Source: an uncultured Methanosarcinales archaeon (GTDB lineage: Archaea; Nanobdellota; Nanobdellia; Woesearchaeales; GW2011-AR15). Taken from it: 64,000 nucleotides of DNA. Under the pieces are notes generated by a model. The model had not been told where the DNA came from and searched no databases. It was given only the letters and a program-made list of their open reading frames with translations. The position numbers and the translations under genes are program-made. Of this stretch, positions 36,134 through 44,058 are shown one piece after another. The stretch lies in the NCBI GenBank assembly GCA_964441565.1, contig CAYTWW010000003.1:60037-124036 (forward strand), written 5' to 3'. Every line of letters starts with the position of its first letter. The first letter of the stretch is position 1.

Positions 36134-36157
36134 CCATGCATCAATCAGGAGTCCTTG

Positions 36158-37918
36158 ATGAAAGGGGGGTTTCTTGTCGCGTTCCTGCTGCTTGCCGTAC
36201 CCCTGGCAATAGCAGAGAGCCACGTTGTCTCAAATTCTGCGAACTGGCAGGATGTGTATTCTGTGATGTTATACGGGAATCTCGCAGAGAAGACACCATA
36301 TTTCCTCGTCAGCTCAAGGCATTCTGCGCTCCTCGCAGACCAGCTGCCTAAGACAGAGGAAGGGATACTTGTCATATCATCCAGGAAGAGTCCGTATGCC
36401 TTCGGCTACAAAGGGCTTCTTGAGTCAAAGGGACTTAGCTGCGAAGAGCAGCAATATGACAACATCAACCTGGAGATGGCGAAGAGGCTTGACACGACAA
36501 AGTTTGTCATGATAGACGACTCATATGGCTATAACGCGATCTCAGTCGCGCCTTATGCTGTGATAAGCGACTCGTATGTGCTTTTTGCGAACAAGAAGAA
36601 CATCAACCAGGTTGCAGCCTTCCTGGAGGGAAGGAGGCCGACAAAGATCATCCTCTACGGGCAGCTAGACAAGGAAGTCAAGGAACGTCTTTCCCAGTAT
36701 TCGCCTGAGACCATCAACACAGGCGACAGGTTCGAAGATAATCATAAGATAGTCGACAAGTTCCAGGAAGTGCATAAGCAGAAGAATGGCAAACATAAGA
36801 GCCAGGTCATCCTCACAAATGGGGAGTTCATCGAGCAGGAGATAATGTCAGGTGTAGAACCGGTGGTATTCATCGGGAGGTCGAATGTGCCTGATCCTGT
36901 GAAGGACTATATCCAGAAGAGCGATATCGAGATCGGCATACTTATCGGAAACGAACTCATTGGTTCTGCCACATTCATCAGGAGACAGCTTGGGATCTCT
37001 GTCTTCGTCAAGTTCGCCCAGAGCGCCAGGACTCCTACTGGCCCTGTCTCGGCAGTGGAGGACCTCGACAGGTTCTACCTGCCGCGCTACATACTCGACC
37101 TTGAGCTGTATGAGGTCAGATACAACAGGCCGCAGAGCCAGCTGCTTGTGACATATCACAACAATGTGCCTCTGTCATCATATCTCAAAGGTACTGTCAC
37201 TGTGAGGTATGGTGAAGATACCCAGACTGTGGGAGACCTGGATGCTGTCTTCATAGACAAGAGCGAATACAGGACATTCGTGTATGATCTTGAGCCGATA
37301 TCTTCTGATGACATCACAGCTGAGGTCTTCACGATCTATGGAGATTCGAAGAGATCTCTTGAATACACGCTCAGGGAGACTGTCGATGTCGAGACTGTGA
37401 CGATAAGCGACAATTCGAAGATCGAGATAGCGGAGGTCGCATATGACCAGAGGGGAGGACAGTTCCTCATCAAGATAAGGAATATCGGAGAGGTCGATGC
37501 TTTCGTCGACCTTGAGGTGGTCGATTTGCTGCTGAATGATGAGCTTGTGACTGCCGGGTCTGAGGAGATCACGCTTGTGAAGGTCGGAAAGACCTCGACT
37601 ATAGCTGTCCCTGCTGAGATGGATGATGAGGACATGGAGAACAATCCGAAAGCAAGCATCAAGGCTTATTATGGAGAGAGAGAACAGAGCCTCATCAATA
37701 TCCTCTCTGGGGAATATGAATATTCTATGGCTGGGTTCGGCCTTGTGGGAGGACAGATGTTAGCTGGGATAGGCGGAGCGCTCATCTCCTATGGACCGAT
37801 GCTCGTAATAGGATTCCTGCTCCTCCTGATTGTCGGCATGAAGAAGAAGTGCCCCAGCTGCAAGCAGGTGAATCCTTTGAGAGCAAAGCACTGCAGCAAG
37901 TGCGGGAAGAGGATCTAG
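36158..37918 (+). CDS. Surface protein: CWB2-like alpha/beta repeats, CARDB-like domains, TM, cytoplasmic zinc ribbon
   Basis: Signal 'MKGGFLVAFLLLAVPLAIA'. 'NAISVAPYAVISDSYVLFANKKNINQVAAFLEGRRPTKIILYG' is cell-wall-binding-repeat-2-like. 'FLIKIRNIGEVDAFVDLEVVD' is CARDB-like. TM, then 'CPSCKQVNPLRAKHCSKCGKRI'. Confidence 0.65.
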   Translation: MKGGFLVAFLLLAVPLAIAESHVVSNSANWQDVYSVMLYGNLAEKTPYFLVSSRHSALLADQLPKTEEGILVISSRKSPYAFGYKGLLESKGLSCEEQQYDNINLEMAKRLDTTKFVMIDDSYGYNAISVAPYAVISDSYVLFANKKNINQVAAFLEGRRPTKIILYGQLDKEVKERLSQYSPETINTGDRFEDNHKIVDKFQEVHKQKNGKHKSQVILTNGEFIEQEIMSGVEPVVFIGRSNVPDPVKDYIQKSDIEIGILIGNELIGSATFIRRQLGISVFVKFAQSARTPTGPVSAVEDLDRFYLPRYILDLELYEVRYNRPQSQLLVTYHNNVPLSSYLKGTVTVRYGEDTQTVGDLDAVFIDKSEYRTFVYDLEPISSDDITAEVFTIYGDSKRSLEYTLRETVDVETVTISDNSKIEIAEVAYDQRGGQFLIKIRNIGEVDAFVDLEVVDLLLNDELVTAGSEEITLVKVGKTSTIAVPAEMDDEDMENNPKASIKAYYGEREQSLINILSGEYEYSMAGFGLVGGQMLAGIGGALISYGPMLVIGFLLLLIVGMKKKCPSCKQVNPLRAKHCSKCGKRI

Positions 37919-39636
37919 CGGCTAAGGTAGGTGTGTATGAATCTGTAGTATTCTGACTTTCCAGTCTTTGCAAGCCTTTCAATTATCAGTTCAGGTGTCG
38001 AGTTCGCCAGCCTTCCTAGGACAGGATTGTGATCCACGATAAGCTCATTGTTCTCGTCAAGGCCTTTCGCCTCTATGCCATCCACCCTTGCTCTCTCTGG
38101 GAGCTCACGGATGATATCATGGCCAAGATGCGTGGCGATGACCATGAAGCAGCCTTTCTCTATATAGTAGCTGCAGGTGGCGCAGATTATCCTCCCTGCG
38201 ACACCTGGCTCAGTGACTGCCTCTATCTCGTCAGCCAGGATAAGTGTGGAGCCTCCGGGGCTGATCTTCGAAAGTGTCGAGAGGAGTGTCTCGAATGCTC
38301 CCTTGCCTGCTGAGCCCTTGGACTTGGCGAAGTAATAGATTTCAGAGAATACTGGAAGCTTGCTTGTCCCGCTCACAGGAAGACCCATCTGCGCCATGCT
38401 GACCAATTGTATGATGTGCTCAAGAAGAGTCGTCTTTCCGCCGCTGTTCGCGCCAGTCAGTATAGAGCATCTGGCATCGCTTCCCAGGGAGAATGAGATG
38501 GGCTGGGGAGAAGCCAGGAAAAGGTTCTTTGATGATGATATGGAAAGCTCTTCTCCGAATGCTGGCATGGACAGGCACAAGTCTCTTTTCATGTCTGAGA
38601 TGCCAGCGACAAGATCGAGGCAGAGCATGTACTCATCGAGCTTCCTGAGATCTTCTGCCAGGCGCTTGAGGGCTGGAGCATGTTTCGCGATCTTCGCAGA
38701 GAAGCTTGACATCTCTCCCCTCTCCTGCTCACGTATGAGCGAATCCAGCTCATCATCATCAAGCTTCACAGGGATCCCTTCTGTGAAGATGCGGGAGGGA
38801 AGGCCAGAAGAACTTATCTCTTCACGCACAAGCCCCATGACTTCCTCAGGCAGGCTGTTCTGGGCGAGGAGCGAGTAGAGCCTCTCGCCAGGGATATTGA
38901 TGTCCTTCATCCTTACCTCGATAGCCTTGTTCATCCTCACCAAGGCTTCTTCTGCCTCTTGCCGGGATATCTTCTTCGAGCTTACAGATAGAAGTCCGAT
39001 GAGCGGGAGGAGGGAATCGCAGATGGCCGATACCTCTTCTTCTCCCCCGACAGGTGCGAAGGATGCTTTCTCTTCTGAGAGTATCCGGAGGTTCTGTGCC
39101 CATCCTGAGAGGAGCGAGAGGTGGCGCTCCATGTACGCATCGTCTACCGATGATAGGAAGACTGTCTGCGGAAGGGCTTCAAGAGCATGCGTGAATGCTT
39201 CTGTGTCTATGACCTGCACGACATCGTAGGAGTCAAGCGACTCCACATCGTGAGGGGAAGTGAGTAGCATCGCAGGGATATCCTTCTTCCGGAGCTCTGT
39301 GAATGACCTCTCGTCCTCAGTTGCCACGATGCTTGAATATCTGGGCTTCCATGTGGGCTTTGGAGGAGCTATCTTTCTGAGGAACCTCCCTGAGGCATCG
39401 ATAGAGAATATCTTCTGCCTCTCTGAGATCTCATCCTCATCTGTTGATATACCGAGAGTACGCAGGAGCGAGGATGTGGAGCTGAAGGAAAAATGACGGC
39501 CTACGCATGTGAAGACACGGTCGAATACAGAAGTGCCTGCACGAGTCCTGAATATGCTCTTATCTCCCTCTGGACCTGCATCTGAGAAGCATGAGAACGA
39601 ATGCGCCCTTATCGTGTCTATGACAAGCCTGACCAT
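37915..39636 (-). CDS. MutS2-like ABC-type ATPase (archaeal MutS-related, no Smr domain seen)
   Basis: Walker A 'LTGANSGGKTTLLE', 'MAQMGLPV', Walker B 'TLILADEIEAVTEP'. Confidence 0.75.
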   Translation of the reverse strand: MVRLVIDTIRAHSFSCFSDAGPEGDKSIFRTRAGTSVFDRVFTCVGRHFSFSSTSSLLRTLGISTDEDEISERQKIFSIDASGRFLRKIAPPKPTWKPRYSSIVATEDERSFTELRKKDIPAMLLTSPHDVESLDSYDVVQVIDTEAFTHALEALPQTVFLSSVDDAYMERHLSLLSGWAQNLRILSEEKASFAPVGGEEEVSAICDSLLPLIGLLSVSSKKISRQEAEEALVRMNKAIEVRMKDINIPGERLYSLLAQNSLPEEVMGLVREEISSSGLPSRIFTEGIPVKLDDDELDSLIREQERGEMSSFSAKIAKHAPALKRLAEDLRKLDEYMLCLDLVAGISDMKRDLCLSMPAFGEELSISSSKNLFLASPQPISFSLGSDARCSILTGANSGGKTTLLEHIIQLVSMAQMGLPVSGTSKLPVFSEIYYFAKSKGSAGKGAFETLLSTLSKISPGGSTLILADEIEAVTEPGVAGRIICATCSYYIEKGCFMVIATHLGHDIIRELPERARVDGIEAKGLDENNELIVDHNPVLGRLANSTPELIIERLAKTGKSEYYRFIHTYLSR

Positions 39637-39677
39637 TAAGGTATATCAAAAAAGAAAGAGGTTTAATTAGATTTTGC

Positions 39678-40580
39678 TCAGATGCCCAGGTCCTGGGCTG
39701 TGAAAAGTATCCTTCCTGTGCAGACTCCTCCAGCAAGAGGCGGGATCTTGAGCTTCCAGAAGGTCGAGTTGGTCGAATATTCGATTGTCAGGTCATCGAA
39801 CCTGTGCTCGACCATAAGGCCGTCCATGATGAGTGGAGCGCTCGTGAGGAGGACCATCTCTGTGTTCCAGTCTGCACCTGAGGTCCTGTTGTACCTCTCG
39901 TTCGAGACAGGGATGTTCCCATAGGTGCAGTTCATCGCAAGGCCGTCTCCCGGGCTGACGCCGTATCCTTCAGTCAGTATCGTCAGATTCCTGTTGCCTG
40001 CGTTTGTGATGTTAGCGAGCTTGTCATCTGATATGTCGTTGTAGGCGAGATTCCCGAAATCGAGCTGGCCAGGGACATAGATGGCGACAAGAGGCCTTAT
40101 CTCCCCGAAGTCTGAGAGATTGCTGTGGTAAGCGTTCTCATCATCCTCCACAGTCACATTGCATATCCATTGCGTGGAGTTGTCTGCATAATACTGCACA
40201 GGGAAGGTGCAGAGGAAGTCCATCTGCCTGTCCTGGTCTGATTCCTGCGTGCAGCTTGTGTTCCAGTAGATCGTGTTGTTGTCCAGCGTGGAGTCTGGGT
40301 TCGCGACAGTGCTGAGATACAGCGAAGCATTCACAGAGAGGGTGTCGTTATCCCAGTCGAAGACGACTGCTGAGCAGTTGACTGTCACCTCTCCGTAAGA
40401 CTCAAGGTCTACAACGGCGTCGAGGACAGCATCCCTGACTTCAGGCCTTGCGTTCGTGATGTTCACTGTTGTGTTGATCTCCTGTGCCACGGTCGCGCCT
40501 GGCACGACGAGAAGCGCTACCCATAGCAAGAGGGCGAAAGAAGCTGCCGCGAGGCATATGATTGCATTTCTTTGGTTCAT
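39678..40580 (-). CDS. Secreted two-domain Ig-like protein 'P3' with about 15 N-glycosylation sequons
   Basis: I chose the start at the internal 'MNQRNAIICLAAASFALLLWVALLVVPGATVA' (ATG 40580, 2 nt after the upstream stop). Paralog of the distal part of the CDS at 6895-7755. Ends 'PPLAGGVCTGRILFTAQ'. Confidence 0.75.
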   Translation of the reverse strand: MNQRNAIICLAAASFALLLWVALLVVPGATVAQEINTTVNITNARPEVRDAVLDAVVDLESYGEVTVNCSAVVFDWDNDTLSVNASLYLSTVANPDSTLDNNTIYWNTSCTQESDQDRQMDFLCTFPVQYYADNSTQWICNVTVEDDENAYHSNLSDFGEIRPLVAIYVPGQLDFGNLAYNDISDDKLANITNAGNRNLTILTEGYGVSPGDGLAMNCTYGNIPVSNERYNRTSGADWNTEMVLLTSAPLIMDGLMVEHRFDDLTIEYSTNSTFWKLKIPPLAGGVCTGRILFTAQDLGI

Positions 40581-40582
40581 TT

Positions 40583-41320
40583 TCACGACCTTATCTCCAC
40601 GTAAAAATAATATGTGGCCTGACCTGTAGACCCAGGAAGGCCGCTGTCGGCGACAATCGCCTGGAAATCGTATGTGACTGACTCGTTTCTGTAGGATTGT
40701 GAATCGCTCTCGATGATGGTCGCGTAGACCAGGCTCTCTCCATCTGACAGGAGGATCTCCTGGAAATCTGAATCCTCTGAGATTGCCTGTTCCTCGTCGC
40801 TGATCCATGTCGCTGTGCTTGGGCATGTGCTGTTCCCTATGAGGACCGAACCTACATACAAGGATGAGTGGGCGATATGGTTGAAGGTATGATTGATATT
40901 GTCTGCTGCGGTAACTGTGTGGTCGAGCTGGACCTGCTCGCCTGCGATGACTGAGCTGTCTGCGCACTCGATATCTGACCATGTGATGGAATTGTTCCTG
41001 GTGATGAAGACTGTTCCTGAAGGATCATCTATCGCGGTCCACTCGTAGATGCTGTAGTCAGAGGTATCTCTCAGGACAAGTGTTCCTGAGACATTGCCTA
41101 CATATGCTTTCCACTTGTTGTTCTGCTGCATGGTCGTGAGCACCAGGGTAGTGATTGTGCCTTTCCCATCTGTCCTGGATTCGGCAGGGGTGGCATTCTT
41201 TGTCGAATTCGAGATGAAGGTGATGGCGGCGCCTTCTGGATCAGCAGCAAAGGATAATTGGGTGAAGAGAGCCGCAGCTGCCAGGATGAAGGCCACTGCC
41301 ACCCATCTTGCTGATCCCAT
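40583..41320 (-). CDS. Secreted protein 'P2', paralog of P1 and of the C-terminal domain of the giant protein
   Basis: Signal 'MGSARWVAVAFILAAAALFTQLSFA'. Motifs 'KWKAYVGNVSGTLVLRDTSDYSIYEW', 'ADNINHTFN', 'FQEILLSDG', 'YDFQAIVA', C-terminus 'TYYFYVEIRS'. Confidence 0.8.
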   Translation of the reverse strand: MGSARWVAVAFILAAAALFTQLSFAADPEGAAITFISNSTKNATPAESRTDGKGTITTLVLTTMQQNNKWKAYVGNVSGTLVLRDTSDYSIYEWTAIDDPSGTVFITRNNSITWSDIECADSSVIAGEQVQLDHTVTAADNINHTFNHIAHSSLYVGSVLIGNSTCPSTATWISDEEQAISEDSDFQEILLSDGESLVYATIIESDSQSYRNESVTYDFQAIVADSGLPGSTGQATYYFYVEIRS

Positions 41321-41327
41321 AGGTCCT

Positions 41328-42089
41328 TTACTCCAGATCCAGATAGAAGTAATAGGTTGTCGCTGCAGTGTTCAAGGTAGCTCCTGACCTGCTTGATCCA
41401 TCCTCTCCTACAAGCATCTGGAAATCCACTGTATTTCCGTTGAATCCCATCGGGTCTGTGTCATTGAACCAGTTGTCATTCTCGATTATCGCTGTGTAGA
41501 CTAGCTGATAGCCGTCTGTCTGCAGGAGGATCTCCCTGAACTCCTGGCTCTGGTATGCATCATCCACATATGTGAACTGCGATGGACATGTGTCCTGATC
41601 GATCGAATACATACCTACCGAGAAATCCGGATGATCGCTTATGTTGAATGTGCTGTTGATGTTATCGACTGCATCCCATGTCATGTTATAGTACATGTGC
41701 CACCTGTCGAGGTTCGCGTCATAGTCGAAGCATTCTACTGTCGACCAGTCAGGTGATGCGCCGCTTGTGTTGCAGACTGCATATACCTCTCCCTTGGGCT
41801 CCATGTTTGGCCAGTCATACATCGTCCAATTGGATGCGTCATCGAGTGTGATTATTCCTGTGACCTCTCCGAAATAGCCCTGCCAGTGCCTGGTAGGAGA
41901 CTTTCCGAAGAGCGATATGTTCGTGACGTTTCCTGCCTGCGCACTGTGCGCCTTGGGCTGATATACAGAAGCATCGAACTTCTGGTTATCTTCCTGTGTT
42001 ATCCTATCAGATCCGATAGGGACTTCCTGTGCAGCGCAGATCGCGGCTGCAAGGACCATGACTGCCAGGAGCAGCATCAGTTTTTTCAT
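41328..42089 (-). CDS. Secreted protein 'P1', paralog of P2
   Basis: SD 'AGGTGA' precedes the ATG at 42089. Signal 'MKKLMLLLAVMVLAAAICA'. Motifs 'HWQGYFGEVTGIITLDDASNWTMYDW', 'VDNINSTFN', 'FREILLQTDG', 'VDFQMLVG', C-terminus 'TYYFYLDLE'. Confidence 0.8.
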   Translation of the reverse strand: MKKLMLLLAVMVLAAAICAAQEVPIGSDRITQEDNQKFDASVYQPKAHSAQAGNVTNISLFGKSPTRHWQGYFGEVTGIITLDDASNWTMYDWPNMEPKGEVYAVCNTSGASPDWSTVECFDYDANLDRWHMYYNMTWDAVDNINSTFNISDHPDFSVGMYSIDQDTCPSQFTYVDDAYQSQEFREILLQTDGYQLVYTAIIENDNWFNDTDPMGFNGNTVDFQMLVGEDGSSRSGATLNTAATTYYFYLDLE

Positions 42090-42094
42090 CCTTC

Positions 42095-42313
42095 TCACCT
42101 TTGCTTTCTTTTTGTTATGCTAATGACCTTCACTTTGCTGACAAGCGTCTCTGTCCTGTCGCCGATCACCCTGTAGAAGTCCCCTTCGTCGAACAGGTAA
42201 CCCTGCTTGACGATCGCCCTGTCGGGCGTCTCGCTGAATACCAACTTCACCCAATCTGTGCTCTCCATGCGTGCGGACTCTTGATCAGCTTGCTTGCGTA
42301 GACTGAAGTACAA
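42095..42313 (-). CDS. Small cytoplasmic protein (57-72 aa, unknown), first gene of the P1-P2-P3 operon
   Basis: ORF from TTG at 42313, or from ATG at 42268 ('MESTDWVKLVFSETPDRAIVKQGYLFDEGDFYRVIGDRTETLVSKVKVISI'). It ends 5 nt before the P1 ATG. Confidence 0.45.
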   Translation of the reverse strand: MYFSLRKQADQESARMESTDWVKLVFSETPDRAIVKQGYLFDEGDFYRVIGDRTETLVSKVKVISITKRKQR

Positions 42314-42344
42314 TTTGTTATTTCTGTATATCTAATCAATAGTT

Positions 42345-42388
42345 TTGTACTTCAGTATACACTAATGTATACTAAGTTATATATAAAT
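42345..42388 (-). promoter_or_regulatory. Promoter with nested palindromes upstream of the P1-P3 operon
   Basis: On the minus strand there is a TATA-like 'ATTTATATATAAC' (42376-42388). It is followed by the palindrome AGTATAC-N6-GTATACT (42354-42373) and one arm of a 12-nt inverted repeat (42345-42356). Confidence 0.45.
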
Positions 42389-42429
42389 GTTGCGCTGTAG
42401 AAGCTATATCATGCAGATCTGGCAGGAAT

Positions 42430-43212
42430 TCAGAATGGTTCGAGCATACGTGATAGCTCTTCCCTAGAACGGGCTGATTCCATCAGCATGGCAACTTCCG
42501 GGAGTCCTATCACATCCTTCACCCAGCAGGCGAAGTCATGCCTTTCCTGATTGACATGGTGGTTGAAGACTGCCTCGGGCATGGCAGCTATGGCTTTCTT
42601 CATCTGATAGAAGCTCGAGAGCGTCCCTCCCCCGTGGAGCCTGAACTCGTATCCTGGAGCGACATGTGCGCTCTTATGATGATCGACAAATGCAGCTTTC
42701 AGCTCAGAGATCCGCATATCCATCTGAAGTTCCAGCTTCTGCAGCTCATCTCTCGCGGTCTCGAATGAGAGCTGATGCTTCTGCCATTCCACCTCAAGCT
42801 GGTGGAGTTCAGCCATCCTGCTCACAAGCTCCGCATCCCTGTTCGAGCTGTAGTGCCTGTTGTGCCAGAAAGATTTCATCTCAGAGAGTATGTCCGAGCT
42901 TATGACCTGAGAGGACACTGTATGAGATATCCTGTCTCCTATACCTGACATCAGACCGCTGAAGTAGCCTGGGGGCATATTAGTCAGCTGGGATGGAGGG
43001 GTGCTGATGACCGGCTGCTCTTCCTTGACTTCCTTGTTAGAGAACAGCGCATCAAGCTGTGGAAGCTCAGAGGGTATGCCTGTGGGCGGGGCGACATGGA
43101 CCATGCTTTTCGGAAGCTCTGGTATAGTGACATCCGGTTCGGATCGCTGCTGCTTTGGGCGCAGCATACTGAAGTCGATGCAGATGTTGTCGAATAGCCC
43201 CATACCAGGCAT
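42430..43212 (-). CDS. Cytoplasmic coiled-coil protein with the C-terminal 'HHVNxERxDF' domain
   Basis: No TM or signal peptide. Central heptad-like region. The C-terminal 75 aa ('FRLHGGGTLSSFYQMKKAIAAMPEAVFNHHVNQERHDFACWVKDV') align with the tail of the 864-aa protein. A TATA-like box lies ~27 nt upstream. Confidence 0.7.
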   Translation of the reverse strand: MPGMGLFDNICIDFSMLRPKQQRSEPDVTIPELPKSMVHVAPPTGIPSELPQLDALFSNKEVKEEQPVISTPPSQLTNMPPGYFSGLMSGIGDRISHTVSSQVISSDILSEMKSFWHNRHYSSNRDAELVSRMAELHQLEVEWQKHQLSFETARDELQKLELQMDMRISELKAAFVDHHKSAHVAPGYEFRLHGGGTLSSFYQMKKAIAAMPEAVFNHHVNQERHDFACWVKDVIGLPEVAMLMESARSREELSRMLEPF

Positions 43213-43302
43213 TCTCTATTGAAATGTACTTTATATATTTTGCTAGAGGAGAGGTGACTACCTTCATTATTGAAAAAACTGAAGCTGTTCAGTGAATCTT
43301 GC

Positions 43303-43383
43303 GTCCAGCCCACGCATGCGGCAGTCGGACACATGCGTGTCCTCACTTCGGCCTCTCGGCCTAGCCTGCGCATGCAGCTGGAC
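43303..43383. ncRNA. Candidate structured RNA (81-nt multi-stem element), family unknown
   Basis: Closing stem GTCCAGC/GCTGGAC, second stem GCATGCG/CGCATGC, and internal hairpins GGACAC-ATGC-GTGTCC and GGCC-TCTC-GGCC. It lies in a 275-nt intergenic region between divergent genes. Confidence 0.3.
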
Positions 43384-43448
43384 AGATCATACACGCAAGG
43401 ATACAGAAATGATAGGAAGTCATAAGCTAAGGAACTCGCTATGCCTGT

Positions 43449-43461
43449 AAAGATTTATATA
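43449..43461 (+). promoter_or_regulatory. BRE/TATA-like promoter
   Basis: 'AAAGATTTATATA' lies ~30 nt upstream of the ATG at 43488. Confidence 0.55.
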
Positions 43462-43487
43462 GCAGATGCTCGTAGACGTAGATTTGC

Positions 43488-44057
43488 ATGAGCAATAGCA
43501 TCCTCTGGAAGGACAGCAGCATCAACGCCTACAACCTATTTGTCATCGTCTCGACGATGATCCTGCTCCTTTTGACTCCGCTCATCCCGCTCGCCTTCTG
43601 GAGGCTCGAGACTGTGAAGATGTATATAATCCTGTTCTATATCACCAATGGAAGCATATTCCTCTTCATCCTCTCACAGCTGCTCTACGAGAAGGGGAGA
43701 TGGCTGTACTTTAACCAGCATGGCATCGTCATCAGGTGGCAGCCGGAGACCGGGCCTGACTATGAGATGTTCGGCTGGCACCACCTGAAGAGGATCAATA
43801 TCCTGGATTCGTGGAGTCCGAAGAGCTACCTGAGATGGAAGAGGATAAAGAACAACATGTCCTACAGCCTCTTCTTCGCGAGCGCTCTCTACAACTACAT
43901 GCTCATACTCGAGACCAAGAAGGACAAGATATATTTTGTGGGCATCAATGATTATGATAAGTTCTTCAAGATACTTAGCGAGACAAAGCACAGGAACCAG
44001 TACCTGAAGGACCTTCCTATCATGAATCTATCAGCGCATCGCTTCAATTATATATAG
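43488..44057 (+). CDS. Membrane protein (2-3 TM plus small soluble domain), unknown
   Basis: Hydrophobic N-terminal half. AT-richer than its neighbours. Converges on the 3' end of the giant gene with a 1-nt gap. Confidence 0.5.
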   Translation: MSNSILWKDSSINAYNLFVIVSTMILLLLTPLIPLAFWRLETVKMYIILFYITNGSIFLFILSQLLYEKGRWLYFNQHGIVIRWQPETGPDYEMFGWHHLKRINILDSWSPKSYLRWKRIKNNMSYSLFFASALYNYMLILETKKDKIYFVGINDYDKFFKILSETKHRNQYLKDLPIMNLSAHRFNYI

Positions 44058-44058
44058 A

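Noticed and set aside
40581-40982. N-terminal 134-aa extension of the 434-aa ORF (39678-40982)
   Set aside because: It overlaps the 3' part of P2 in another frame and is Arg-rich with no features. A proper signal peptide starts at the internal ATG at 40580.
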